A stretch of DNA of 64,000 bases from Balanoglossus misakiensis (Eukaryota > Animalia > Hemichordata): the NCBI GenBank assembly GCA_040954595.2, contig CM082577.2, forward strand, positions 17,687,500 to 17,751,499. The letters run 5' to 3'. Under the pieces are notes generated by a model. That model did not search any database. It worked only from the letters and a program-made list of their open reading frames with translations, and had not been told where the DNA came from. Positions 51,681 to 64,000 of this stretch are shown in pieces. The position numbers and the translations under genes were made by a program. Within the stretch, counting starts at the first letter, position 1; every line of letters starts with the position of its first letter.

Positions 51681-52025
51681 GGTAAAGTATTTGATTTATT
51701 TTAAATCCTGCTATGTTTGTTTTTTGATCAAGCAAAACACGTAGCCATCAGTAATGCAGCAAATAGTTATGTAACCATCGACAAGATTTATGAAATCATG
51801 GCGGACGGTGCAAAGTACACGTAGGGACTAAGCAACCAGTCTTTTCTTTCGGTTACAATAATACTCAAATTATGCCATTTCATAGTATCGAAAATACTTA
51901 GGCCTAGTGTCAAATAATTTGCCTGTCATACATCTTCGTTTGCAGGATAATGAATTGGACCTAATAGAGTCATGATGTGTACGTGACATGAATTTATGAT
52001 TATTTATTGCAGACTACTGAGCGAT

Positions 52026-52412
52026 ATGAGTGACGACGAAGAAGCTTCTGTTGACCAGCCTTTACAAGCGTCAGAGCCTAGCACACCAAGGCCACAGAAA
52101 TACAACAAAACTGCCTTGTCTGATCAGAAAGAGCGCGATGACAAGCTGGCTGTGCTTCTCAAACGCTACAAGATCGGACTGCTGATTAGCGCCATCGTCG
52201 CATCTGTCTGCGCTGGGATCGGAGTACTGTTCATATTTCTAGGTATCTTCGTTGGTGCTAAAACCACTCCAATTGGTATTGGCGCCGGATTTTTCTTCGC
52301 TGGATTGATTGCGTTCTTCGTTGCCATCGGATACTATAGGAAAGTCAAGAGTGTTAAACAAGAACAATGCAAGCTGATTCGCAGCAGTGCACCGAACTCC
52401 CCTATTCTGTGA
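52026..52412 (+). CDS. Two-TM membrane protein D (128 aa from MSDDEE), CDS in one exon
   Basis: Acceptor tttattgcag| at 52013 places the ORF-track start in the intron; KRYK, TM1 (LLISAIVASVCAGIGVLFIFLGIFVG), TM2 (IGIGAGFFFAGLIAFFVAIGYY), then RKVK. Confidence 0.88.
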   Translation: MSDDEEASVDQPLQASEPSTPRPQKYNKTALSDQKERDDKLAVLLKRYKIGLLISAIVASVCAGIGVLFIFLGIFVGAKTTPIGIGAGFFFAGLIAFFVAIGYYRKVKSVKQEQCKLIRSSAPNSPIL

Positions 52413-52741
52413 TACACTTGCCGTTACCTTTGTGGTTATAATAATCCGTTGTTGATCAATGTATGTAATGACTACCTCGTGCTAACACCCATTCTATGAA
52501 TGCATGAAAAGTACCAGATTGTTTGACAGTACATTGAATGTGGTCTATTGATTTCAATGGGCCAGAGGTCAATTTTGTCCGGGTGGAAGTTTCATACAGT
52601 CTGACATTTCTACACTGGCTGGTTATGACATGACAACTTATAAATACAAGGACATCCAATTCAAGTAAGCTTTGATTTAGTGGTATGACATGTTAATTTA
52701 CTTTTATTACTTCGCCCATTACTCGATAATATTGCGTGTCT

Positions 52742-53093
52742 TTAAAGCCCCATTAGCTGTAACTTTTCGCTATGTTTTCATTTTTGTGTGTGTATCTATT
52801 GCAGTTTCTTGTTCAAATTCCTGCAAGCATGGCGAAATGCCAAGCGTTTAGCTTATCAATACAATATACCTGTGTACAGTCAGCATTGTTATAATGTGCC
52901 AAATATAAATTCAAATCCAGACTAGAATTCATTTGTCAACAATAACAATGGTCGTTACACACATACAGGCTCTGTTGACAAGTGGAGTACTGGATATACT
53001 AGCATGCTGCTTGGAGTAGAACAAGAAATTGCATTTCGCACAGAACAAAAATACTGCAAATTAAGCCAAACAATACAGCTAATGTCCCTTTAA
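52742..53093. mobile_element. TTAA-flanked MITE (Kolobok-type ends)
   Basis: ttaa-agccccattagctgta ... tacagctaatgtccct-ttaa; copy at 16494-16838, end fragment near 6430. Confidence 0.8.
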
Positions 53094-54897
53094 ATAGGCC
53101 TTATAATGAAAAAATGACACTTTCTCGCAGGCCAAAACACACAAACTGAGGTATCGAACTTGGTCACATGTTACAAGGTAAAAAAAAAACGGCAGTGGAA
53201 ACAAAAAAGTAGCACACTTGGGTGTTTTTATGAGACCACTGTCTTCATTAGAAATGCATATATACTGATCAATATGCAACATGAACTGACAACATAGGAT
53301 TGTTCAAATGTGCATAGAGGTGACAAGGTGTGGTTTTTAGGAATGTAACACAGTTTGAGTTTGAATAAATTTGTCACAGACACGTTTATCAACAAAGGAG
53401 TGGAAATAATTGTCAATCACTTACATGTACAATACACGTTACCATTTCAACTCAAATAAATAGAAAGCATTTGTTCATGGTCAATTTTTCTTAGTATGTG
53501 ACATCATCGTTGAAGACGCGGCTTTTTTATCCATTGCTCTTAACCACGCATGGTAGACAAACAAGTATGAATTCAGAGTTGACATGCATGACCCATAAGC
53601 GATGATAACTGTTTGACCGATAAGCTTGTGTTATTTTTTAACCGGCAGCAGATTACTACACATCAACCATGTGAGGCTTGGCCTGGTTTTGTCTTCTGTC
53701 TGACATGTCTACACAGCGGCAACACAAATAGTTGCGTTGTGTAGGTTTTGGTGTCAAAAGCCAATTGATTAATCACTTCATTAGATTAGAGACCCATCTA
53801 TGTTTTTCTTCTATCAATCCAGAGTTCCAATCAGAGATATCTACTCCTGTCACCCATTACACATTAATTTATATCGAATATTCGTTGAACTCTGATGTGG
53901 CCTGTGTCGCCCTAAGGGCTTGTACAAAATAAACGAGGGGTGCAATTTAGGAGAGGGTTACTAACTAAATTTTGTAGAAGGAAATGACCAAAATTATTCA
54001 AACTTTAAATTTAATCCACGGATTTTGGGAAGTGCCACTATTGTTTTATTTCTATAGCTTGGAGACAGTCAAATTTATTTTGTTGACGAATATTTTGAAC
54101 AACACCAGCGCGCCCCCCCCCTCCCAATGTTAATTCTGTCCAGCACCTAAAAGGCCCTGAACTCGTATTCTCGCGTGCTCTTGCCATCAAGAGGTGTGGA
54201 GAAAACTGCCGGGGAATTGTACTCTTTTTTAAACAAGTTATGACCGGTCGGGCGTGGTGACATCGCCATACACTGCCAAGTGAATGCTTGTCAATACCGG
54301 TTGCCAAATTATTGACATGTCCTGAAATCATATCAATACTAAAACCAGTAAGTTGTGAAAACAACTGCATATACGGTAAGGTAAGCTTACTATGGCGTTC
54401 ATTGTGTGTATGTGCGAGATCCAGACACCTTGTTGTTTATTACCGTTATCCTTAAAACCCATACATAACAAAGAGTCGACATAAGACATTCATTTCGACA
54501 TTGAATTTGAAGTAGAGACCATTATTTTCCAATCGGTAATTTTCTTTGTCTCAATGGTTGGATGTCAGAGTTGTCTGTGATATGTGTATTTCTCTCACCA
54601 GGGTAATTTCTGGTGACAGCACTGAAATGAGCTGTAGTTTCTACTTTGAGAGAATGTTTATCTAAGCATGCTAAGGATAATACCTGTTCTTTGTATACGC
54701 TGTCATTGTATGAAAGCTCATGGCAAGCTACGATTTACAATTAAAACATTGGATTTACGCTCAATATATTTGCCTTATTTTTCACTGCAGGAACTGATCA
54801 AGCGTCGTTTCGTTGATGATTATTCTCCAGAAAAAAAAAACAAGCCTCACAGGAAATATAGTGGAATATTAAACCGGTGGAAAACTATTGTCACAAT

Positions 54898-55371
54898 ATG
54901 GAAGGTGGTCAAACAGCGCCCTCACAGACAATTAGTACCCAATGTTCCCGGTCTGTAAACATCAGTCCAGAACAACTAATGCAAGCACGATATGTATCCA
55001 AGTACCGCCGGGCACGAAGATCAATGCTTGCTCTTATTACAGTCGCTGTTATTCTCGTTATTGGCGGCATTGTCTTGACAATAATAGGCGCACTTATTGG
55101 AGATGCTTTGGAAATTGCCCTTGGAGGAGCTCTTTTGGTTTTCGCTTTTGTTCTCCTCTTCCCATCTCTTTTGTGTTACTTCCGGATGAAGAAGATAGCG
55201 TTTGACAGCCAACATGGTAACAATGTGCCAAGTTGCACTGTTAAAATGACATCTAATCGGGAACCAATACCTACGGAGAACACAAAACCATCTTCGAACG
55301 CCAAGAAGACAGGATGTGAAATAGAAACAAATGCCACCGAAAAGAGTGGCATGCTTCAAGATACATCCTAA
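54898..55371 (+). CDS. Two-TM membrane protein E (157 aa from MEGGQ), CDS in one exon
   Basis: Acceptor tttcactgcag| at 54791 and candidate donor AAG|gtaagc at 54381; KYRRARRS, TM1 (MLALITVAVILVIGGIVLTIIGALIG), TM2 (IALGGALLVFAFVLLFPSLLCYF), then RMKK. Confidence 0.9.
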   Translation: MEGGQTAPSQTISTQCSRSVNISPEQLMQARYVSKYRRARRSMLALITVAVILVIGGIVLTIIGALIGDALEIALGGALLVFAFVLLFPSLLCYFRMKKIAFDSQHGNNVPSCTVKMTSNREPIPTENTKPSSNAKKTGCEIETNATEKSGMLQDTS

Positions 55372-56074
55372 CACTCCATTTATTGTTTTACTGATTGAAA
55401 TATAAAGTTATTTGAACATTCTTGAGAAGTCAGCATAATTTTAGATATTGTTGCACAACACTGGCATTTCCACATATATTGTAAGCATGGAAATCTGAAC
55501 AAAGCATTAATTAAAAGAGTAATTTTATGTTATCAACAGGCCGTCTCACTACCAACAGTACTGTCGTATAGGCATAAACTTAAATTTAAAGGCTAGGACA
55601 CAGTGATATAAGAAAAGCTGTGTATTCTGTTTAACTTCTTCAAACATTCCGAAAGCCAGGTCATCTATAGACAAACTCTACTTTATTTGTAGACAGACTA
55701 GATTAAACATCCAAGGAATGTTTCAGACATAAGTACACCTAAATCAAGCGACTCATCAATCTGATTAAAATCAGATGTAGGGAACGGCGATGTCTTTTAC
55801 GTACGGTTTTCTTATGATGTCGTCTAAGAAAACCAAATCGCGTAAGTAAAAGACGTCGCCGCTCCCAACATCTGATTGGTGACTCATAAGGGATGTAGTG
55901 GGAAATACCTGAATGCACGTGCAGTTGCATAAGGTTTAGATACAACATATGGACAATTGAAATTAGATCTCTAATGGCGGGGCCTTTTATGTAAATACAT
56001 GTAAGGACAACAGCATTTACATACTATGTGGTAATATTTATTTGATTGGGGAAGACGAATTGGTAACGAAGTAA

Positions 56075-56816
56075 GGCTGCATTCACAAACACCTCTGGAT
56101 GGGGGGCGGGAGAATTGAGGGGGGGGATTTGAAAAAATTGAGGGTATGTAAGGGGGGATTTGAAATAATTTAGGGACTGAAAGGGGGGGCTTGAAAACTT
56201 TGAGGACTAAAAATGTATTTTGAGTCCACAAAAATGCGGTTTTGAACCCCTCATAATACAATGTGGGAGGGGGACACCCACCCCGTCATTGATCAACACC
56301 TTTCAATCATTGACTGGTTTATCTAGTGCCCCAGGTCAGGGGACCTGCCCCCCCCCCCTCCATGCAAACTTTGAGCGGCGACGGTTAAATTTGTCCTCCC
56401 CAACATACCGGTAATTGAGTTAATTTTTTGGGTTCATTAAAATGCAGCTTTGAGCTCTGTATTTTATAAAATTCAAACCCACCCCCTCCACTTCTCGGTT
56501 TACAATGTCTGCCAACACAGAATAGAAATACTTAAAAAATATAAACAATGTTCAGTTTTAATCCCCACTGATGAGAGAAAACATCAGTTTCAAATTCTTT
56601 TCATGGGAGCGCTGTTTTTCTTTTTTACAAGATAGATAGGTGATGTGTTTTGCTGTGTGAAAGAAAATGGGGGGGGGGGATTTCAAAATTTTAGCAGTTC
56701 GGAAGGGGGGATTTGAAAATATTTCGGGTTGTGTACGGGGGGCATGTGAAAATTAACGGTAAAAAATTTGAATTCTCCCGCCCCCCCCCCCTCTAGAGGT
56801 GTTTGTGAGTGCAGCC
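56075..56816. mobile_element. PIF/Harbinger-type MITE with TAA TSD
   Basis: TAA-ggctgcattcacaaacacctct ... agaggtgtttgtgagtgcagcc-TAA. Confidence 0.88.
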
Positions 56817-57447
56817 TAAGCATAATTTTGTTAAGTGATCACTTACGAAATTATTTCTTTACATACAGAAAATATTTCTTAAATATGCTGTCTCGTGCAC
56901 ATAAACACCCAATTACCATATTTAAGGAATTTCAACAATTAACATTTGAAATAAAAAGTCACTAAACTTAGATTATAGTGTGTGAAGACTTTACAGGAGC
57001 CCATTGCTAAAATTTGTGAAGACAGGTGTTTTGGGTTCATTAAAATGCAGCTTTGAGCTTTGTATTTTATAAAATTTTCTTACGTACTCTGATGTACTCA
57101 TCTCTAGGTAAAAAGGCACTTTTGGGGTCATATTGATTCTATGTCAAATTGCTGTAGTTGGTTCTATTTGCTATTATCAGCTGATCAGATCTATTTGCTG
57201 CTACCGGTTAAAAATACAATTAGCATGATTTTATTGCGATTGGCATTTTTTACAAATACTTCGACAATGGCAATGAACTTTTATATTAGACTACATCAGA
57301 CTTGTAAGACAAAGAACAATATAGGAACAAAATTACAAGTCGTAAATTTTTCGATGACTTTTGACCTTGACCTATATTATAGTGTTGCATATCTAATTCT
57401 TGATTAGCCAATGATGCTAAGCTAGGAAGTGGGCAGCAGCTGTCAGC

Positions 57448-57899
57448 TTAAAACCCCGGTGCGGGGTATAAAAGACCCCCCAAATCAGTGGCGAATCTTA
57501 ATGCCGGTTGACTGACAACAGACAACACCAACGATCTTGGCTCTATGAAAATCGGCCCAAACAGGTCCAAGCATAAAGAATTACACCACACAACGACAGT
57601 AGTTGGCTTTATAAACACACACAACATAAAGTTAATATCGACGAAAAAGTACACGAGCTTTTGAAACAACGATGATTTTGGGAGAAATCTGGTTTCAGTG
57701 CTTTTCAGAAGCGTCCCTGGGAAACAATAACCACGCCATTCAAACAGCTGTCAATCGCGTGGAAGTGTGAAGTGTTCAATTATTTTCTGTGTACATGAGA
57801 GCAATTACACAGTCATTATGCACGACGACCACTCCCAAATAAACAACTATACAAACACACGTTAATCCGAACCCCAGGACTTTCCGCACCGGGGTTTAA
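57448..57899. mobile_element. TTAA-flanked MITE
   Basis: ttaa-aaccccggtgcgg ... ccgcaccggggt-ttaa. Confidence 0.75.
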
Positions 57900-57944
57900 C
57901 ACAAATCCTGCCCCCGCCCCCCCCCCCAAAATGTCGGGTATTTC

Positions 57945-58980
57945 ACCCTCCCTGTATTTGTTTATCGAAAAATATTCAAATTCTTTCAAAAATAATGTTA
58001 CTTTCTCACAATTAATGGACATATGCAAAATATCATTACGTAAGTTACAAATTCTACAGTTTCTAGTTTTAACTATTTTCCATTTATACAAGTTTGCATC
58101 ATTTGGAAGTATGTCATACATAGATTTGTAAATAAGCTTTGACGATTCATTTGTAATAACATACAACGGAATTGTGTAGACATTTATAATTTATGAAAAA
58201 AAGTGTTGCTTTGGCAAAGTCATAATTGACACACCGAATATTATACTGGACTGTCTCACTAACTCACACCAATACATTGTCACTGCATTGTACAGCAAAA
58301 ATAACGCTGATACCAAATTATGATTATATTAACGCAAATTACCCAAATATCTCCAAGGAGTAAAGTACCAACCATGTTTTGAAGTACAGAAATTTACCTT
58401 TAACGTGTACATGCTTGTTACACCAAACATTTAGCTTCAGAATATATCTGGCATCAATGTGTGGCAGACACCATGCGACAGCTTCATGTCATGTAAGTAT
58501 ATATACACTTCTTATTACATTCGCAACCCTTGTGGTAGGATCCTCAAAATTCACGGGAAAATCGACCCGTCGTTGTCCAGCTTCGTGCTTTATAAATAAA
58601 ATAAAGGGATATATACATTTCCACGATGGAAATCGGCGTTACCAGGGATGGAAGAAATTATTTGTATTGAGAGTGCATATAAAGCATTTTAAGGCTACCT
58701 TGGTTATAGTCACATATGATGGTGTTACGCTTTATACTGCCAGCTTTTGAACTCCACAACAATTTTTAAAAAAACTATTTGTTCTAAGCGTTGTAAGAAT
58801 GTAAACGGAACATTACAAATGTTAAGGACACACATTAGTTTTGCTGCGGCGAGGGATTTGATAACTCTAATTTTACCAAATGAGGACAGTTTCCTGTTGG
58901 ACCATTGAGTTACATGTAATATTTTTTGCAAAGACAGATAGGCGTTGTTTATAAAAAAAAAATCCCAGTGGATTGATCGT
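57945..58980 (-). mobile_element. Tx1/L1-clade ORF2 C-terminal relic (post-RT region and zinc-knuckle region), interrupted
   Basis: WSNRKLSSFGKIRVIKSLAAAKL...; WCNKHVHVKGKFLYFKTW; ILPNDANLYKWKI...CRIC...DILHMSINCEKV. Confidence 0.8.
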
Positions 58981-60659
58981 TTGAAAAGAAGGTAACGCGA
59001 GATTTGAATGGATGTTTTGGTCACTTTATATCAGCATACGCCTGTACGGCGAGTATCTGACAAAACGCGAGTATCTGACAAAACTCTCTCTACCAATAGC
59101 TTACATGGCTTTAGGGAGTCACTTAGCCAGTGCAATTCATACATGCTGCACGCTACATACCACCATGATACCACAATCGCGTGTAAACTGTGTTTACACA
59201 ACTGTTTGTGTTTACACGGCGATGTTTGTTGTTCGGCGATCGCGCCTATAGACATACATGTATAAAACGAGAGAAGTTAGGAAACGATGCCACTTTTGCC
59301 AGTGCATTGCCGAGTTCAGAAGATGTTTCACTCACTCAAAGGCAAAATTTAATCAATAAATCGCATAATCTGACAACGGCAAAATCGAGGTGGTGTTTTA
59401 TCAATATTACTTTCACAGTTAGCGACTGTCATTCGTGTTATTTTCACACATTACAATTGGCCTGCCCTAATTTTAAGCTGCAGACGCGGAATCGTCATTC
59501 ATTTTATTCTGGGGCGTCTTGCCTATTATTTTTTGGGAGACACGCATAGTCCTTCCATTTCTATGCCTATAACATATTGTCATTCGTTTTTTGTAGCCTA
59601 ACCTCTTTAATGTCATTCGTTTTATTATGACCCGTTTGATAACGTGCAACCTCAAACGTAATTCCTTGCTTTGCATTCATTCGTTTTTAACCTGTCTTTC
59701 GAATACTGATCGACGCAAACAAGTGACCCAAACGTTCTTTAATAAAAGAATATGACCTTGTAAGGCATTGTTAACTCAAGTAAACAATTCTTATTTGCTG
59801 TGACCCGAGCACAATTGTCTGGATTGTGGCAGCATTCATTCACTGCACACAACTCATCCCCAGAACGCGAAACTAGCCACAAAGAATTAACACAAAATAT
59901 GCTTTAGACGTTGACACTTCTATTCACAACAAACGCAAGGCTTCGCGGATAGTTGAAAGGCAGACGTATATATGCATTTGCAGTCATTGAACTTATTGAA
60001 TTCCAGCCCTGAATAGCAGCACCTCTCACCGATATTGAAAGGCCGGTCTCAAGGACAGCGTTAGTTGTGGACTCCTCTCAGTGGCCGGATAACTGCATGT
60101 ACCAATCTGAAGTGTTGCCGAAAATCAAACGGATGTGTAAGTAACTGCTTATGACGTGTTCCAAAATGAAATCAGAATAATTTTCCAACGCTGGACGTTG
60201 GTTGGGTTAAGTTGAGTTACGATGCATCGAGTTGAATGACATCAACTTTATTGGAAATAGCGTAGCCTATGTCCCGAGACTGACCGACACTAAGCGTGAC
60301 GTCCCAGATCGGTGTCCGCCGGCTCCATGTTTTTGTTCCAAACTACTTTTATTTACAACAGTTTTACTGAATCCCTCTCAGAATTGAAGTAAACAAGTTC
60401 ATAGTTGCAGCACTAATTTGAGGGTGGTTACAAACATTCTTAAATGGCTTGCTACGCTTGAGAGAGTTGCATCTTTTGGGTGATATGCATTAAGAAATGT
60501 TGCAGAAAGGTTGCCTTTGGAAATATTTCTTCTCTGATTGGATGCTATTCTCAAGAGAACTTGGAGGGAAGAACGCATACAATACATGCGAACGTTGAAT
60601 TAACTAATGATTTAGGACTACATGCAGTAAATAGTTATCACATTCCATTGCCTTACATG

Positions 60660-60896
60660 TATAATTTTGAGAGAAAATAGTGTTACAATATTGTCATTTT
60701 CTTAAAATTTTCTTCTGTTCTTCAGATATTTTCAGCATAGGAAAACTATAGCATTATATAGGAGTGCAAGAAAAGTGTTGACTCAGTCGGATGGGAACAT
60801 CCTGTTTTCTTTTTATTTTTGTATTAAAAAGTCACTGCTCTAAAATAAATATAAAATCAAGAAAATGGCAATACAATGTATAGACCACTACCTTAA
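60660..60896. repeat. Dispersed repeat, inverted homolog of ~70-350
   Basis: cagatattttca...gagtgcaagaaaa...tgactcag...atcaagaaaatg.caata mirrors the window start; ends ...accttaa. Confidence 0.6.
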
Positions 60897-62274
60897 GGTA
60901 ATTCAATTTGCACACTGCGCCATTCGCTGGAAATGCACGCTGACTTGACCAAGAAAATATATTTTCCAGTCCGTACCAAGCACCAAAATGATATCGTCAC
61001 ACGGTAATGAAAAGAGTTATATCTACACGGGGTAAACGCATGCAACCATGATATCCATTTCGTGTTTGTTACGGGATGGACAACATTTCATCTTCTTGGT
61101 AAGGGCAGTTTCATTTCCTACGAGTGTGGCATAGTGTGCTAATTCGTTCACTGTTAAAACATGAATAAATTTCACGTTGGCTGGTGCCAGTATTCGCCAC
61201 CACATTATGTCTCCCAGAAAATGGGATCGGTGTGGTCTCGAACGTTGTGATCGGGCCACGTTGACTTACCATGCGTTCGTTTATAGAACAGCAACGGGAA
61301 CACTTGTGTTCAGTAAAGTGTCAAGAGTCCGATGCCTCAGGGCTTCAACATGTCGGCCTGAGACTGACCGTCTACCAGATAACTGATTACAGCTCGCTAA
61401 ATTTCATCTTTTGTCCTATTCAAAAAAATAATCTATTCTTGTTTGCAACTGAAGCCCATATTAAGCATCTCTAAGAATTAAACACGCTGACAATTTAGGC
61501 CTAAAAGTTTAATTGTACATGTATTAGACCTATAAACACAGTCCTTCGTGGATTTCTGCGCTGAGAGTGTAACGTACAAAGGGGTATATGCGTATGAAAT
61601 CTTAAATCGGAGGTTGGCTTGGAAAATTAATATCCCCACGGTTTGGATTATGTTTATATCGAAACCTGCGAACGTGCAAGTCTGACAGTGGATGAATTTA
61701 CTATGGCTGACTACATGTCTCCCACAGGTCTATCTTGTTTGTACGTTTAGCTTATATTTGATTGCTTTGAACTTTCTGTTCTGTCAAATAAAAGCTATTC
61801 ACATATAAGCGTCTTCATATTATTCACAATTCATTTAAGACCTGACAATGGCTATAAAATCCTCTAAGGGCGAGGGGGGGGGGTCAGGCCGGGTTGGCAC
61901 GTCAAGTATTCTGTCGGTCCTCACCTAAATTCAATAAGAGACCAATCTGGTCCCGCTCTGTTCCGAAATATCGGGTCAGCATTGACCGTTTTAGCCGACT
62001 TAAACCCCATACATGTAAAGGATCTACACATTGGCTGTGTAATATGAACTTCACTATATAAACCGCACACCCGATAAAACTGCAAACACATTGTATACAC
62101 TAACGTAGACATGTATGAGTGTGTAAAGGATATTAAATACCAGGATTTGATGAATTTATTAATGTGTATTAATCTGTGTTGCAGATCTCTCCAAAGCGGT
62201 ACTGTAAGTAATCTTTAAGGTGACGTCTGTGATGAGACCAGTCTATTGGAGGGAACGGTTTCAACTTTGCCAGG

Positions 62275-62925
62275 ATGCTGTCTTCTGAAAGGTCCAAAGG
62301 AATTTTCTTGGTTGGGCTTGGATCGGCCATTATATCCATAGGGTACCTGATATTGATATCATTTGACATGAGAGTGGGTCATATCGTCAGTTTGCCTGTT
62401 TTCATTGTAGGTTTGTGTTTTCTGGCATCCGGATCACTCAAACTAAGTCGAACATTTCTGAATTTCTTGCGACACCGATTTGCCAAACGCCAACAAAGTA
62501 ATGTTTCTGCTGAGACGGAAAAGAGATACATGGTAGACGTGAGCGCATATAAAACGGAAAACGAAAGACTGTTATTGTTGGAATACGAGGCCAAGATGAA
62601 GGAAAAAGAAAAACTGTCGAACGACCATGTTACGAGGAAAGATGCTATCGAGAAATCAATGAAGGGTGTGGCACAGGAGGACTATGTGAATGAGATAAGT
62701 GACACAGAAAGCATCGCCGTCGTGAACACGGTTAAATCAGGAAACGTCGACACAAATGGTCTAATATCTCTTTATCATCAAAACAACAGGTTATTACAGA
62801 ATGAACAGAACTTCACTAGTGTATATAGTACAATACTCAATACCGGAAATTCAAAGCGAAGTAGAGCTCATTCACAAATATGCACCAAGAAGAAGCCACT
62901 CTTTGGAAAAGAAACATCCGTCTGA
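62275..62925 (+). CDS. Two-TM membrane protein F (216 aa): N-terminal hairpin, long tail, C-terminal PDZ-binding motif ETSV
   Basis: TM1 GIFLVGLGSAIISIGYLILISF, TM2 IVSLPVFIVGLCFLASG, then a basic RHRFAKR stretch; acceptor gtgttgcag| at 62185. Confidence 0.88.
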   Translation: MLSSERSKGIFLVGLGSAIISIGYLILISFDMRVGHIVSLPVFIVGLCFLASGSLKLSRTFLNFLRHRFAKRQQSNVSAETEKRYMVDVSAYKTENERLLLLEYEAKMKEKEKLSNDHVTRKDAIEKSMKGVAQEDYVNEISDTESIAVVNTVKSGNVDTNGLISLYHQNNRLLQNEQNFTSVYSTILNTGNSKRSRAHSQICTKKKPLFGKETSV

Positions 62926-64000
62926 TAAATTCGGTGTGAACAGGTACATTTTGTGTGTGAAAATTCCTGCCTTATATTCCCTTCAGTGACTTTAGCAGGA
63001 AAGACATGACGACCACAGAAGTAAATCGTTGTTAGTATCTAGCACCATTCCAAGCTGAATAATGTACGGATAAATCAAAGTTCAATTACAGTTTATTTAA
63101 AAAATACCTTAAGGGATCCAAAACTAGATTTAGCTAAATGTGCTAATTTAACGAGATAAATCGATAACGTCCAAAAATTCGGCTGTTTTGTTTTCGCAGA
63201 CACTGGAGACACTTAATTAGATGAAGATTTATGAGACATTTGTGTTGAATTGACGGGACCAATCTCTTTCCTAGACACGAATTTACACGAATCATAGGAG
63301 TTCAATCATGATTTTCATCTCCGCCCATATTGGCCCTATACCCTGTCATTTCAATTCAAGTACCAAGTAGTTTTGATTTCCGCGTTTTACATATAATGTA
63401 TGACTCAATGGAAGTATGCTAACATATAAGACTAGAATGAAACTAGACCTGAATTCATTTAAAGGATCCTCAAGATATCAGTCACCGGAAAAAACCGAGT
63501 GCACAAAGCCAGACTAATTGGTAATTATCCAAGGCAGAACTAATCCTAAAGTAAACACTATAGAAACTATTATTTTTAAGTGCCACACCCGTTTATTCAA
63601 CTGTTCATTGCAAGAGTACACAACACATATCGTGGTATGCACACAAGTGGGTATTAAAATGTCCATAAAGTCAAAATGGAGTCATTTGTCCAATAAGGAT
63701 AGGGATAAGATGGAAGTATTTTTATTGATTTAAATATGGTAAAAGTGGCAGCTGCTGGAGTTTTAAAGTGCATGAGCTTATAGTACAAAAATGTCTCATT
63801 AAGTGTCTCGTAGCAAATAGTTCTCTTAAGGCACCCAACACATTGAAGTGAAACGTCAGTCTGGACAGATTCATTTACAGAGGGCAAAAACAATCTCCGC
63901 TGTAAACATACCAGGCGTTACCCAAAGTGCAAACTGTCTCCTATGGTCCGCATGAGCAATTAATTTTCAAAAGTGGACTTATTCTATTTATAATGGGTAG

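Noticed and set aside
51996-52025. ORF-track start MIIYCR for gene D (and the GTG start at 54877 for gene E)
   Set aside because: The D start lies upstream of the splice acceptor; the E start is non-ATG with an ATG 21 nt downstream

Overview
AT-rich animal genomic DNA with GT-AG introns and many transposon relics; it resembles a marine invertebrate, but the taxon cannot be fixed from this window. 1.5-17.3 kb (+) holds the 3' part of a leucine-rich-repeat gene (SDS22/PPP1R7-type LRRs plus LRRcap); 11 exons join into one open frame ending at 17348, and its introns carry MITEs and a dead pogo/Tigger transposon. The most interesting region is 22.5-62.9 kb, a cluster of six highly diverged genes whose CDS lies in one exon, each encoding a small two-transmembrane hairpin protein. 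Three are on the minus strand and three on the plus strand, diverging around 48-52 kb, with one or two possible decayed extra members. Five share a G-x6-G motif in TM1, all have a splice acceptor just upstream of the ATG, two carry multiple PPxY/LPxY motifs and one ends in a PDZ ligand (ETSV). This architecture recalls the vertebrate barttin/PIRT/TMEM100/TMEM171/174/200 group of channel and transporter accessory proteins (inference, not a database result). Between the genes lie decayed Tx1/L1, L2, Rex1, Gypsy and Penelope fragments, several MITE classes with readable TSDs, long hairpins, tandem repeats and microsatellites.
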